Shown here in pieces: positions 10,934 to 26,719 of a stretch of DNA of 64,000 nt. The stretch is taken from positions 124,001 through 188,000 of the forward strand of contig NMRA01000463.1 of NCBI GenBank assembly GCA_002633005.1, written 5' to 3'. Position 1 is the first letter of the stretch. Each line of letters opens with the position of its first letter. The notes beneath the pieces were generated by a model. It was not told the origin of the DNA. It ran no database searches and saw only the letters and a list, made by a program, of their open reading frames with translations. The stretch is from Phoronis australis (lineage: Eukaryota; Animalia; Phoronida). The translations under genes and the position numbers were made by a program.

Positions 10934-13900
10934 CCCAAATTCTGAGTTATGACACATCCAGCAAACGGAAGTTCAGCTCAACATCATTCAAAACCTGCCA
11001 AATTTTGACGGGAGATAACAATCAGTTTTGACTGCAGAACTCGTTAAAATTCGACAACTCGTTTTAAGTGTAACGTATTTTCAGCTGCTAATTATGTCGG
11101 TTTGCTTGAAGTGGGGTGTGTGCTAACGAAATGGCCGCATTGCGTCCGACTCACAACAGGTGTCGCGACACGGTCATTGCCATACAAGATAAGATCTCAT
11201 TTACGAAGGTGTTGACGGGAGACGTCCATTCACCGTGAAAACAATTATTGGCCAAGATAACGTTCCGCGGAAGTCAAAAATCTAACTTGACCGAGTGGAA
11301 TCCGTGTAGGGGGTGTTTGAGAGAATATATGCGTAGTCTAAGTAGCTTAGCTCATCTTTATTCGACTGTGACAGATACCCACGTAAAAGACCGGAGGGTG
11401 AATGATTCACGGCCAGTCTCTCTTTGCTGACAGACGAAAGACATACAACAATATTTTCGCACAACACAGACGCTATATGACGTTATAGTAAACTCAGTGT
11501 CACTGTCTGTGTTCAACATCATTCTTAACTAGTAGCAGGTGTTAACAGCCATTTGAAGTGCGGACAACTTTTGACGGGAAAGAATGCATGTTTTACACGA
11601 CACGGGCCATTAGGACATCAGTGTTTTATGCTTGTAACTGCTGGAATAATAACCACGGTAAATCACTCGGCAGGAATTGGCATCAAAGCCACAGATGAGT
11701 TGATTGAACAAGCGGGTTTTAACAGCGCCACACATTGTCAAAATCGTACCAGGAAACTGTTTACTGGTAAAACAAACGTAAAAAAGCACACGTATATAAT
11801 TCAGCACACCTCTAAAGCGCAAAGGTGGCAGGCAATATCGAGATTTCGTACAGTGGGCGAGTTTCAGTTCTTACGCAGTCCAAATTACCAAATCAAAAAC
11901 ACTAAAACTAGGACAAGGAATATAAACCAAGATTCGCCAATGAAATTCCCAATGTTTGTAGAAGTCACCGCAAAAGTGCAATCAAAATCAAGTCCAAACC
12001 TTAAATGATCTTAGGTTAATATTGAGACCGAAGCGAACAAGGCAAAACGTGAAACAAGACGTGGGAAAACACCACTAGTAGGCGGTACTCAAACGTGAAA
12101 TTTCAAATATAATATCGAGTTGTTTGGCTCCATAAGTTTCGATCGGCTGCTCGGTTCACTAATGTATCTAAGTAAGTGCCCATGGCAGTTTTTCAGGTAT
12201 CTAACGATTAACCGAAACACCCCTTTTGTTCATAGTTTTTATAAAGTGTTCCTCGACATTTACTTCGTGCGCCAACACTAGCGAGTGCCAGCCTACTTAA
12301 TGTGATCGGATCAGATTATCTCCGCATGTGATAGTTTCAGATGAAAAACGCCATAATATAATATCGGGCACCAAAAAAGAAGGCCAAGCAACATTTTTCG
12401 CTTTTGATAACTGCGTTTCGTGAATTGTCTTTCCAGAAGTATTTATTGGTGAAGTAGTACCGTGGCTTCTAAGCGACCATTACTGCCAATAAATATGCAG
12501 CATAGCGGGATGTCCATGTAGTTGCACTATCCTTCAACTATGGTAAAAACAAAATAAACCAAGAGAGCCTTCATATTCGCCCATATTATGTTTACATAAT
12601 TTCCAGTCCAAACATCACCAGTGGAAACGAGACGCTTGGAGTAGTAAACAGTGTAAACGTAACGTCGTAGATAACCAAGGCGTAGAATATATTTCATTTT
12701 CCATTTTTGTGGCAGAAAATTCGAAATGTTCACGATTCGTGAAAAGAGGGTTAAAAAGGCAATGTTTTAATAATCAGTTTTCCTCTCCATGTGTTTCATC
12801 ACATAACTGTAATAACTTGCGAGATGTTACGTAAATTCAACTTCATTGGAGGCTAACATTTGTAACCACTGTTTTTAAAGAATATTAATTTTACATATTT
12901 GGCGTTCTAACCGTGTGGATTTTAAACATTACATTGCAAAATTCTTATTCTAGAATTATACGGAACGAAGCACATTTTGGTTCCTGTTTTTATCCTGGTA
13001 TTATAAACAAAACGTACATTGCAAAAGAATCTAATTTAATTCTGTGCTGTAGAAAATCAATGGTTTTTGAGATTTCATCACTCCAATTCTTAAAGTGGTG
13101 CGATTTACATTTACAATTTTGCTACATATTTATATCTATAATTTGTTTTTTTAATTGATTTGACCGGCATCAGTAAAAAAATTGGCCGTGGGAATGCAAC
13201 CAATTTCAATGTTTAGCAGAACTGTTATCGACTTCTACCGCCATCCAAGGTGCCCGACAAACGTGATCACAGGTGCTTCCCATTCATCACAACACAATCG
13301 AGCGTATCTAATTGAAACAAGTTTTGGCGGGAAATGCGAAAGTGTCACGGACACGCATTTAAAAAACGTGATCGTATTTTAGTAAATTACCCAAAGAATG
13401 ATCGGGGGAAATTACGTTTTTGTCATTTGTGGGAAAAAATTTCAAATCAGATAAAGAACGCAAAGTTACTTCATGACCATGATACCAGTAATGACGAAAT
13501 AGGTCACATGACAAATGCTAACAGGAACTTTTTGTTCAATTACTTATTAGCGTTGGAAAGAAAGTTTAAAACGCTTCCTATGTTCGTGCACAATTAGAGC
13601 CATATAAGACAAACAGCATTCAGAGTTCGGCAATTTAAAGCACCTGTGTTTTAACGCGTCATTAAAGGGACTACAGTGATTTTACGGCCGAAAAAATGTT
13701 CTGAGGATTACTGTTAAATGGAATTATAGTTTTCTGCATGGCATAAGCTATTAGCTTTAAACACTGCTAAAAATGACAAAATCTGCTATCTAATAATTTC
13801 ACTATGCACTCGCTGAAATCCACTAATGCCAGTATCTTTGCCACTTTTGCAAAAAATGCTCTAATTATATTTAACGCAGGGGATTTGGTTACGTCAGCGT

Positions 13901-15640
13901 CGGAGTGATAGGCTGTTGCTACTACGGACAGTGGTTACGATTCCGCCTGTTAATTTTTATAACACTGTTTTTCTTGCAGAAAATGTCCCTTAAACATATG
14001 GGCAAAACTGTTCTGATACAATTCGGAAGTTTTGTCTGAGAACTACATGCATAACTTTAAGATGGTACTTTGTACCTCTGACCACGTGACACTTTCACAT
14101 GAAAGTCATCAACTCAAATTAATTATGCCAGTAAATAAGACGCGAAGCTTACGTTTAATAAACGAAACCGTCCGGAACATCTCGTGTAGTGTCGCTTAAT
14201 CAAATCCGAAGATGTTGAAGTTAAATTAGTAGCAAAAAATCTTTGGTAAATCTAACTATCCGCAGTATTCCAGAGAATATGAAACCTCCACCGATGCAAA
14301 TATTCGAACCGGTGGCTTCAGTTGTCGCGCATGGCTGAACGTGATGCATTCAACGTTTGAATGGAAGTGACATTCGGTTGACGTTCGCCATTTGTAGGAA
14401 CAGTTTAAGTTACAAAATCTAGCATTGACTGGATCGGGTTGAATGTGGTGAAAGAGACCTTCTAAACAGTAAAGCGACGAAGGTAGGACATTCCTTCAAA
14501 TTGTACACGACATTCCCTTTACGTGTTGGTTTTAAATAAAATGCGAGATATCCTAAGATATTGTCTGTTTAGTGTGCACTGAAAAACAGATACAGACTTT
14601 TTGACATTTTTGTGTTACAACAATTTCTATTTTCTAAATAACCTGGGTCACACTAACAGTCACCGAGTAGGCGCCAGTGCAGAAAACGAACATGAAGATA
14701 TCGACGAATTATTTAATCCGGTCAATGACTCTTAATTTGAAACACCCGATGACAAGTGCTGATAAACGTTTTACACTAAAAACTACGTGTTAAGTAGATC
14801 CAGAAAATAACTTCATTCGATTTTATGACAAAGACACAGAACGAGGAATAATGAGCAGGGAAATTTAACTCAGTTTACAGTGTTATTTTCTGAGGAGATA
14901 CACGAAAATCAATTTTGTGATCAAAACATAGAGCCGCAGGCCCTATGATTGACATCCAGGGGGGGGGGGCGTACAAATTTAGAGCACCCTGAAGGCATTC
15001 ACGACGATGTGAAAAAAAATTAAAACATATGAATGCGTGGTGAGAAAATTTTTGCACATAGAGTTATAATTGTTGCGCAAGTGCAATGCGCAATCCAGAA
15101 ATTATAATAGGAGGGGGGGTGCATTTTGTTGACCATTGCTTCTAACCAAATTCCTAAGAGAGCTAAAACTTTCTGTTTTGGTATACATGTAGAAAGAATA
15201 TTCACTGTTGCTTCCTCACTTAATATTAAAAAATATTAAATATATTTTGCAGCCAACTTGACACAGTTGTCAGTGATTTTAATTACCCCGTTCATACTGT
15301 TTTATGTAGAAACGCCAGCTAAAACGCTTTGCAGACTCTAAAATGATAGCCGACAATCCCATCACATTTGACGATTTGCGAGAATTTCATAGACACAGTG
15401 TAGACGTATATCCAATTTTCTTAGTTGGAAATACCATGGGAAAGATATCACCGGACTCATAACGGCGTAAACTACGTTGCTATACATCTAAGGAACGCTT
15501 GACACCTGGTCGCATCTTTAGAACCGGACGAAAGTGTTTAAACACGCGTATAATTGGAACAAATGGCCATTTTATGCAGACGAGTTAAACCCGATAAAAG
15601 ATTGCTGTCGACGTAAACAAGTTAGGTATACATCGCTTAC

Positions 15641-15690
15641 CTGTAGTTTGATGAATCGCTCATTCTGACAAATGGCCATGAACGATGGAC
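15641..15690 (-). other. Candidate 50-nt 5' UTR exon of the LRR gene (contains uATGs)
   Basis: Acceptor ctttatattttccag|G, donor CAG|gtaagc. Confidence 0.5.
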
Positions 15691-18600
15691 CTGGAAAATA
15701 TAAAGAAACCGGTCAGACGTGAGAAATTTAATGAAGATAAAGAAAAGAGGATATGACGCACGTGACAATCTGTGAAAACTAACTACCACGTGCGATGAGA
15801 TATATTCAGGCGTTATTCCTCGAATTCCATTCCAATATCCAACTGGGGTTTTGCAAAACTATACAGAGACTGGAAAATGTGGTGAAATCGCAATCTTAGG
15901 ATTATATATCACGACGAAAAATAAGACTGCGAGTAGTTTTACGGAACAAAATGCTGAAATGAGAATTTTACAGTACCCCGCTTTGTTAAAATGTTATTAG
16001 GATATTCGTGTGATTCGGAAAACCGATGGTTATTGTTGCGTAACATATTTCGGTTAATTAATTCTCCCATATATTGAACGCCACGATTAATTGGATAAAC
16101 TTTAAGTCAAGTGTATATGCACTAGCACACAAGCCACTGAGCTTAAACAGAGTGATTACCGGTACGTTATATGTTATAACTCGATTCAAGTTCATACCAT
16201 ATAACTCACATTTTGTGCGCAAAGTTAATAACGATATGTTTTGATACAGATAGCATCGATCATTGGCAATCAGCATGCCTAAGGTTAGTGGAATTAACAT
16301 AAAATGAGGAAATGGAACAAAAAATGTGGAAACGAAGATATAATTTAGCTGCTTCAAAGGTGTATCATAAACATGCTTATTAGAAACTGACAGAAAATCT
16401 CATGATAATCACGCAAAATTTGTCATAAACCTACCAAACAAGCCATTACGGATATCGTTTATGCTTCTATAATGTGCGATTGAAGGAACTAGTTTATGGG
16501 CAATCTAACAGATATCGTCAAGCAAAAACACGCAATCAAAATTGCTTTGCTGCATGTTTATGTTTGATAATTAGTGCAGTTACACACTGGTTTACTCTTT
16601 TTAAATCGGCTATGAAATTAAGACGACTACAAATTAAAAAAATATATTTCGTAGTTTAATGAAGCCGGATGATAAATAATTTCGTCTATTAATACTTCCA
16701 TGCATGAGTTTTCTTCAAACGTTTCAATCGGCTCAGTGGTGTTTTGTTAGGTTTTCAATAAATCCGCTGAAACAAGACATCATTTTCTACATTCACAATA
16801 ACCATTACCATTACATTTGTAACCCAGATCAACAAGTATTCAGAACAAGTGTTTGCAACAACCCACATCGAGCATTCTAGGGGTATACTTGACTAAAAAT
16901 TACAAAAATGACCTGCGCGTAATCAGGGTTTGTGAAATCTGCTCCGCCTGTTTCAATATTATCATTTCCCGCTGCCGCGTTTACACGGAATATCGACTCC
17001 CCGTCACCAATTAACCGACGACGCGTAGCGAGGGCTCAGATGCGCGAATTAATCTAATTCAACAGGTCGTGTATACAAATTAGCATACACGTGCATAGGG
17101 ACGCACGCGACTCGACTAGGTAATGAATTAAATCATGGGTAATTTCGATTTGAAATCGATGAACACCACAACCAGTCCACAGAACAATCTTGAAAGAACA
17201 AATTTTACACTTGAACAACAGCTGAATACTCCGTCAAGCGTAGACGGAACTGATTCCTGTGTAAATTTTTGTCCACTTTTCACGACTACCGCTAGTGTAT
17301 CCGGCTCTTTATAAACAAGTAAAATGCACCAAACCAGCTTTCATCACCCCAAAACCACCAAACGCATCGTACTACCAACTGAGGGACAACGCTTTCGAAA
17401 CCCACCAGACCATAGAAATCAGGCGAAAACTGGAAGCTGACTAGACAGATATTTAACAAATCCAAAGTGTCTGAAGAGTACATCTGATGCTAAAATTTAA
17501 CATCACACTTGCAAGTTAAATAAAGAACTCGACTGACCAAAAATGGGTCAAGGGGTCAACAAAACGTGTAGCATTCTTTCTATCGGAACAGTATCAGGAA
17601 TCAAGCAAATGTCGCTCGTGCCTTCCAACCTACGAGATTCAAAATATCCTGCTAACCCTGCAGGCGCCAATTTTTAATGAAACTGAGAAGTTCAATCCGA
17701 CCGTGGCTCAAAAACTATAGACTTTCCCACACTAGAAGCGTTTAAAAATGTGGTCTGGATGCCATACAAAGAACGTCCTACCAATTACTAAACGCAAGAA
17801 GACAAATGAACATTGTCCAATGAACATTGTTCAAAATAGTTTCCAAAAAACGAATATGAATGGAAGCATGAAGACATTATCAAATTTAAGCAACAGGGCA
17901 TGCGCGATCAAATTAAAAACCCGCGTATCGGTAAAGCTGTTGCCTATTTGTTTCGTTATTTACTCACAGGTATAATAATTTTTTCTACAATTTTAACTAG
18001 ATGACTAGCTCCTCTTTGACATTTTCTAATAATATAACTAAAAACTGAACCATTAATTCAGCCAAAATAATTAGGGACTTATTAATTAGAGGCGTTGCAT
18101 GGAAAGAAAATTAACAATTCAACGTAGAGTTCACTCTCGATTTGTAACGCAGCCAAAAATTGGCATTGTAATGAAACGGTAAACGAAAGGACGTTTTCAG
18201 AAGCTCATAAATACGCAGTAGATTTAGGGAACTTAGTTGAGTCCCAATTTGGGACTGTTTCGTCCACCCGCGCACAGCACCCTATCAAATACTAAGCTGG
18301 CGTCTGCTCTAAAATCACCTGCAATACATTAGGAGCCCTAACACCAAGCTTGCGTGCAGATTACTGAAGACGATTTCAACACGGCGCGCATCGAAATGCG
18401 TGGCTTTTTCCCAGATGAATCCACGTAGACAGCAACCATTGATTTTCTAATTTTAATTTGATCTCAAGTCCACTAATAATCACAATTATAGACAGCATAA
18501 ACCCAGTGCGTACTCATTAGATAATGGCGAAAACAGCCTAATGACTACTAAGATCATTACGCGCAGATTTGATTCAGTTCCGCATATAGAGACGGGTGAT

Positions 18601-21600
18601 GAAGTCCATTGACACCTTTTGTACAGCAGACAGATAGGTATTTGTTAATATTAAAACACGTGTAGTGTCGAGATTCATCTCCAAACGGCATTACTACACT
18701 GTATTTTACTAGGAGAAGAAATCTTTTCAATTTCAAGAGATCGCTAGCACCAGACGCAGGTTCCGCAGCGCTAGAAAAACGTGAAAGGTAGCCACTGGGA
18801 TTTCATGGTTTGCTTGTTGATACATGGTCCTACACCTCGAAAACACTATCTTGTTGTGTCGGTAGTTAAAGAAGAAACAAAAATGACATTAAGTTTTAAC
18901 GCTGGACAACAAAAACCGCCAAGCCACCGCCTTCGTAACTTGTCTCTTTGTCGTACTATTTCTGAACGGCTTCGAGAAACGTCGTCGACTTCTACAAGTT
19001 GTTCGGCAGTTCTTAGTGTGCCGACTAGTGCACCACCTGGTGACAGAATAGCACGACAAGTCGATCGGCATGCGCCACTAAATGCGCAGACTACAAAGAA
19101 TTCTAACACGCACTTACTTTGCACGGTTTTCACTTGCGTATGACCCATTTTTAATATTCTAAAAACATTTCATATTTTGCTGAAGTTTATCGGTGAACGC
19201 TCAAGCGGGCAGGTGGAGCATGTACATTTATGTCAGTTTTCATCAGATTTCAAGCACATTGCACCAGAATCCAACAGACGGAGGAATGTCACGGTTGCTA
19301 ATTAACTTCAAAGGAATTAGTGGTTTATCGCAGCATGTGTTCGTTTACAGTTGATGCAAAAAAACAATACCACCAGCCGGCGGCGTGACATCAGCTGAAA
19401 GAATGATAGATGACGTCACAAGCCAGGGGAATGCTTCGCCGTTTGGACGGTGATGGCGAAAAAGGCGATAATCAAAACGAAAATATGACTAGAATTTGCC
19501 GCTGCCTTAGAAAACGACACGCGGCAAAATTTGATTTCAATTTGTAAAAAAATAATGTGCTATGAATCTGAACGATGGGTTCTTACACATAAACACTTCT
19601 AAAGTCTCAAGTTCAGTTCGGAGCTCGAAAGACATTTTTTTCGGCGGGATAACAATGGAAACGGAGCAAAGGCAATTCCACTGTTTTTTCATATTCAAAC
19701 TAACAAGCAAAAGCGCCACCTATTTTACTGTAAAAATGTAAGTAACAGTACCGACATCCGGCACAATAACGAAGAGAAATTACAAATGAATTAAAATCTA
19801 TGAAGTCGCATGTTACTGAAGTGACTCCGGGTGAACCAAGCCCTGACGTTGATCATAATCAATCGAAAAAAAAACACGTGCCCACCAAAATCATTGTATC
19901 CAGAACGTTATTTGCTGAAAATTGAAAATATGCAGGTGACATGATTATAAATTGCTTTTAACAAAATACCGCCGGTAGAAACAAACAAGTTCAAAACTAA
20001 CGAGGAATAATCGACAGAGTATGGGAAAAAGCTGCTTTTATTTGTTGATACGGCAGAGTGAAAGTGGAAAACTGGCTGCAAAATCGAATTCGACTCACCC
20101 ACGTATAAGCTTATTGACTTGGCCAAGAGTCAATCGGAATCCTCAAGCAAAAACTTGTGTCAAGATCTCTTCTCGAAAAGCACGGGCGGGGAACTCAACT
20201 GCAGTTCAGAAAAGATTCAAACCTTCCCAGCACATTATTTGGAGCAGTGAGACGTCTTTATTTTGAGCATGACCGCTGATCTGTTGCCATTTCCGAAAAG
20301 CTTTGATGTCATTCGGGTGCACTCGACAACGTGGCACCTTGTAGCTTCGATTTTCCGCCAGTTCATCCGCGAAGATTTACTTTTAATACAGCCGGCGAGA
20401 ATAAACCCATCACCGCGCTATCAATTTCTTGAAGAGCCTTTCTACAAACAAAAGGATATTCCCAACCCGAATCAAGCGGGCAATGCCTTTAAGTCGGCTC
20501 AGATCCTCGCGTAATGCACACAAATTAGAACCAATATTACCCATCTGCTGATTTAGATTCTAAACCCTGTCTATTGTACGACGGATCCTACACGGGCGAT
20601 TTGTACACCACGAGTTTATGTCCACACAGCGGGTGACGGCGCGTTGGGGCCCGTTTGTGTACAGAAAGTATTGCCGGCTAATTCCAGCTAATTCTCTGTT
20701 TAAAGTTACACTTGCCTGGCTTCCTAAAACACGTGTGAGCGCTACGAGTGCATGAATGTCACCAACTAATCCAAACGGCGCGATAACGATCCCGCCGCCG
20801 GAATTTCCGATGACTGACATGCCTGAACGGTTTTCAGCAAATCTGCAGCACTCGATTGTTAACGTCGACACCCAGCTGAGGTTACCGATTATCACCCGGC
20901 TGTCGGCCCGTACGTCCATTTTTTTCTGCCGCAAGCTTATCGGATTGGCGTCTGAAGCTTCGTGCGACCGAAGCATACATTGTGTACATCGGCTTTGTAG
21001 ATAGAGGGCGCTGCTACAGTAAAGTTAAATTAAGTTGGTAACCCATAAGGTTCCATTGGCCACGATAACTGAGTATTGGCTAGCATAAATATCACCAATA
21101 ACAACTCATTTTACACTCTAAACCCAAAATGATATACTACCAATCGTTTAGCAGACAGCAAAACGAGCTAACAAATAGAAAACATTATATTTAATTTTAA
21201 ATTACATGGGCGCAGTTTATTAACCTCAATGCATTTTGGTGTTCGTCTAAAAGCTTCTGAATATATTTTGAAAAGAGATATGAGGTGCACGGTTGTTGAC
21301 ATAACGACATTCCTGTCTTTCAATGAAACCCGAGAATCGCCGTCAGATGTGGCACAATCAACTAAAAGTCCCATGTGGCGGTACTTGTACATGAAAATCA
21401 TCCAAGACAAAATGATGGTCCAAGGTTTTATCATGGGATGAACTGGGACTTTTTTCTTAATAGCTTGCTGGAATGCCGGAACTATAACGTCAGTGGTGTA
21501 GATTTGCGACAGTCAACTTAAAATTTACGTACATTTACATTGTACGTACAAGAAAACAAGTTGCACACATCTGCGCAGCGGTAACGACAAGGTTCGCGAG

Positions 21601-22856
21601 TGCAAAACTAGGCTCGGATTCAAGGAAAAGCAGACGCAAGAACGGGAAATATCAAACACAAGTTCAGGTTGTATTCTGGAACTACTTGTAAATTTATCAA
21701 TTGGCGCAAAAAGAAATAGGACGGGTCTACAGTCAAGGAACACAATGCAGTACACGCAGTTGATTGACACAAAATACTCTCAAGACGATTTTAATCAGAC
21801 AGTTCACTTCAAGAAGTCAGCTTATGAACTTAAACCCGTAATTATGCAAAGTAATGTTAGGAATTGAAGCGATCGAGACTAAGATGCACTCGAGTTCTAT
21901 CCATGTAGTATCAAGTGTGCACACATAGTAAAGTTTTATCGGAAAATCGATGGAATCCGTCAGGTAATTTGAAGACGAGATCAGCGCCATCCAATCTTGG
22001 AGCCAAGACGGGATGAAATCGGAAAGAAACGAGATTCAGTGGTATCATCTTCGCTTTCCACAGTCCGAGATAACATGGATGGGAGAATTTACATCGAACT
22101 CATGTTTTAAATCCAGAAGAAGCGTATTAAAATTAACTGTGGCATTTTACGAAAAAAGTAGGCCTATACAGTGGGAAAGGAATACAGGTTTTGGGTCAAT
22201 TAGAAGACATGGACGAAAAGTGCCCGTGCTAGGTTGGCATTGCTTGACAGTTCGCCGAGTTCGGCAGGTTATCACAAACTTGCACGAGTGTGGAGCCGTA
22301 CACTGACTACTCTTGTATATTTAGTGGAAACCGACGGAGTATTAGAAAGCACTTTGACAAGCGGTTGGTGGTTCGAAATAAAATAAACATTTCTTTTGCG
22401 TCTCCCCACATCTTTTGTTCTACAATAAACCTGTTTATTTTCTCGAGATAAAAATCTCCTCCCAATCAGCCACCAAGCACGCATGGGAGATCAAATGGTT
22501 TGGCAGCAGGATCTTCTTTCCACGCGAATCCTTCCAAAGGCGTCAAATTTTCACTGACACGCTGACTCACTCATATCAGCGGGTGGGATAAGGTTGACTT
22601 GAAACCCATTGAAACTGGGCGCTGTGGAGTCCTTGGCATGCCTTGACTCGGACACATACATACATTAACCAAATGGTTAGAATGGTCTCAAGCACAGAAT
22701 GGTAACATTTCACATTTAACGTAGTGAGAGCACAGAAATATGCAGATCGAGTTGACAACAGTACCAACGTTTTGTGACTTAGGGCATTTTCGAAATGATC
22801 GTTAGAGTATCCCACTGCTGAACAATCGCAATGTGACGGTATGACGAGTCACTAAC

Positions 22857-22882
22857 CTATCGCCATCTAGCGGAAAGGTGTA
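22857..22882 (-). promoter_or_regulatory. CTCF-like motif (CCGCTAGATGGCG), copy 1
   Basis: Matches the CTCF core CCNCNAGRKGGCR. 25/26 identical to 47827-47852. Confidence 0.5.
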
Positions 22883-25800
22883 TTACATTGTTTTTCTTTT
22901 AGAAGCTTAATCTAATGGCACCATTCGGATATTAGGAACAAGATGGACTCTGTTTAGAAGTTCATTACTGATCAAGAGAACCCTTTTGTTGGTGAATCGG
23001 AAATGCAGCCTTTAGCAGGGAATGTAGCCGCGAAATGTCGACGCAAATGAACTTCCGTCCCGTATAGCCACCCCTACCTCACCTATGTGTAAAGGCAAGT
23101 ACCAGTTGATGTGAACGATAATGGTGTGGAAGACGATTAGACAAAGGTGTTTGCGGAGAGCCAATAGCAATTATACATGAATAAAACATATCCGCGGACG
23201 ACCGACATTTAAATTACAAATGGCACTGCGTATATTTTTGCGGCTAGGCATGAGGCATATATCACATCACGTCACTTCAAACAACTATTCAAAATCGGAG
23301 CCTCAATAGCAAATGTTAAAAAAGTAAGAATTTTTTTTTTTGAACCACAAACTCCAAGCCAGTCATTTGGACTAAAGATATCACGAATGATCTTCCTTGT
23401 ATTTAGATTGCCACTGGCCGAACACTACAGCAAAGCCCACCACAACGGGTCACCAGGTCGCATAAACACGCACATTGTCGAACAAATGACACAAGTTACG
23501 GAAAGCAGACACTGTTTTGATTTCACACTCAAGATATAGCTGGAATCCAAAGACGAAGGTCGTTGTCCTTGTATGGTATAGATAACACATCTCATGCCAC
23601 AGTGGGTCACCAAGAACAGTTAAACTTGCGCTTCACCCCGTTGAATTGGTAAAAACAAATATCGAATTGAAGGTTTTTTACTTTGAAAAAACGGCGTCAT
23701 AACATTTCTTGCCGATCCGTTATCAACTTAATTGACAGGCAATGCGTAAAAATGAACTCGTGCCATTTTCGATTTCGGTATTTTAAGTTTGGCCAACAGC
23801 AATAAAGTCTAAAGCGTTTCTTGATTCCGTAATAGTTTTGATTTCCTTGTTGAAAACGGAAAGCGAATCCTAAAAGGGTAACAGACATTACGAGACCAAT
23901 TTCATCAGAATGAAAAGCCTAATTCAACCTTCGTTTTTTAGTCAGTTTAACATGGCTAAACAAAACCTAAATGTTACGTAGGACTTATAGACAAGACTGC
24001 ACCGTCGGGCAATTGTCGACCAAACTATAGAGTTATCTCAGTAAAAGTATTTTTTTTTATGAACTACGTAAAGAGCCTGGAGAATTTGACTTTCTACCGA
24101 TCCGACGTAACAAGCTAAACGCTGCATCAATTTTCTAAAATATCCTTTTTTACTCATCATATTTTGGTAGCCACGGATGGTTTTAAGAAATATCTTAACA
24201 TCGTTTTGCAGAACAATGCATACAGCATAGTAACTGAAAGTCCCATTTGACTCCAACGAATTGTTTCTGACAGATGAGTTTCCAAAGTTAGCGACATTCG
24301 GAATTTTCCTAGGGTGCTCCACAACATTCAAGTTTCGTTAACCCAATACGCATTGTTAAATCTTGTTGAATAAAACAGCTCCCGTGTTCTTTAGAAAACT
24401 TGAAGCAGTGAAGTTCATCTGACAAGAGAATTGACACCCGGTTATTTCATGTAACAGAATATGACACCAAGGCTATGGTTAAAGGAAAACAAAATTAATG
24501 AGTGTGCAAACCAAATTATAGGCATGCAAAATAGAACACACAGCGAACGGCTTCTGTGGTGTTACAGGTTAAAGTTTCAATATAGCAATTTAAATAAAGC
24601 CCATTGATTTTGCTTGTTTTCAAGACGTTACTGGTCTAGTCTCGTCATTTATCAGGAGATATGATTTCGACTGTGAAGGATCAACTCCACTTGTAATTTC
24701 CTGAGAACATGTTCACTGAACTCGAAGCAAAATCCCCAATGGTATACAAGACGTATTTATGGCTTATACATACATTTGGCGACAGCGCACATTCCTTGAT
24801 AATCCCACCAACGAATCGTCTTTGTTGCGCGGAGACTCAAAACCGATTTTTGTACCCAAACGAAAACATCAAGTGACCCCTATGGGCAAAGGTTGACGGA
24901 CAGACGGAGAGTTCCCAAGCAGACGAGTGATAAAGAGCCCGGATGAAAATGGCAGAAGATGAAAGGATTAAACTCTTGGTATTTATTTACGTCACCCCTT
25001 CTCTGATGTGAATTATTTATGTCGCAAATCTCCGCCTGCAGTCGCGCTATCAATTCTTCATGAGACACTGATGTACACGTATCACGTGTACAGGCATTTT
25101 TAACCAAAGAAACTAACACCCAGGGTTCATGAAATTTCGACACAAATGTCTTGATGTTGACTACGAATACATCAGCTGACAGAATTTGACATGTTTTGGA
25201 TGCGTTCAAACCTCTTCCTCATACACAGTTAATTGTGGACTCGATTTGAGGAAAATGTAACGAAAACTGAAATCTCATACATCAGTGGTGAAATGATTAA
25301 ATTACAAATCAGATGATGGATTGACTCAGCTGGTCACCACCTGATATTACACTTCCGGTTTTCAAAATTTCAGTAGGCCGGCCATCTTGGACTTTTTCAT
25401 TTTGACCCGGAAAAGTGACTTTAGATTTGAGACCGAATTTGTCCTTCGCTCCCACTTCGCAAAAACTTTCGCTAAAAATTGCGAGTGCACCACAGTCTAT
25501 ACTTAAAGAAATTTTGTCAGTAACTGCTTAGCTATGTATATTCTCAGAATGTTTGCACTTTTGTTCAAGTGAGATTTGATTATCTTTCAGAAATTGGTGT
25601 GTGGAGGATAAGACCAAATTTCTAACTAAAGCTTTAATTCGCAACAAAATGCAAAAGGGGGGGGGGTGGTGACACTCTCCCTAACTTTAGAAAATGGTTG
25701 TCCAGCGAGGGTCAATTTAGGCAAACTTGGGCGAGATACTTCAAAGGCAAAAACTCGTTTATCGATTTCGTGACAGAAGACGTCATGACAACTTCAATTA

Positions 25801-25954
25801 ACTTATCACGTGGAGCATGTTTGTCGGAGTTTGCATTAAACCATCCGCAACTCAACAACCGTGAAGTCAAGAGACCCGAAAGTCTGAGCAATAATATCAG
25901 TCTCGAGTACAAATAAATATCCGTCCATTTATGCGGTATCCTATATTTTTTACG

Positions 25955-26420
25955 TATATATTTATTTTTTGTACAGGCCACCAGCCAACACAACAATGAA
26001 ACAAACTGACAATAACTATCAGTGCAGGGTCATTATGGGTCAAATACAACGAATTAGAAGAGGTTACCGAACAATGTCTTTCTTTTCTTCTCTGCCTCCA
26101 GCAAGTATTTACAAATGCTTATCAAATAACTGCAGTTTTGAGAGTTTACAATACTAATTAAGTTTCCAAAACCAACGTTATTAATATTCGACGTTAAGTA
26201 TCTCTGGCGATTGTCTGTCCAGCAAAAGAATATTTCAATCTCTATCTTTCTCATACTGCAACATTGACATACCCTGTCCTCCCTGGCAACCCCACTAAGT
26301 CTACATTCATTTATCATTATTGAAAACTGTGCACACCTGAAGCGAACAAACATTAGAAAGAATAGGTGTTTTTCTTTCAATAGATTTTGATACATATATG
26401 GCGTTAAATGAATAAAGACT
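25955..26420 (-). mobile_element. 5'-truncated LINE 3' end (RTEX-like ORF2 C-terminal zinc-knuckle region)
   Basis: ORF 26054-26395 reads RFRCAQFSIMINECRLSGVAREDRVCQCC..KIEIE.FF...RY...KYLLEAEKKR. This matches RFR.S.H.L.IE.GR....RE.R.C..C....EDE.HF. It is followed by a short UTR with AATAAA near 25960. Confidence 0.75.
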
Positions 26421-26719
26421 GACTAAAATACGAGGATCAGACAATGTCGAACAACGAAGACAGTAACAAATTTAAAAGGTGGCTTATTATTTTGGAAATA
26501 ACGTAAATAACGTACTATGTTGAGATAATGTTTCCTAGTTCACTCATGCATCTGGTCATTGATAATACATTACAGTTTTCAATCCCTTCCTGGTCAACTT
26601 GCGGCAATTATACCCTCCTGGCGCCAAAGTAAAAGTAAAAAAGGATATGTCATCCGACTTCAACAATTCAAGTTCGCTAATGGCCCTCTATAAGAAAGAA
26701 TTCGCGACAAAACACTTAC

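Noticed and set aside
11553-12008. 151-aa ORF, the longest outside the LRR gene
   Set aside because: TTG start, no domain motif, no splice-site framing.
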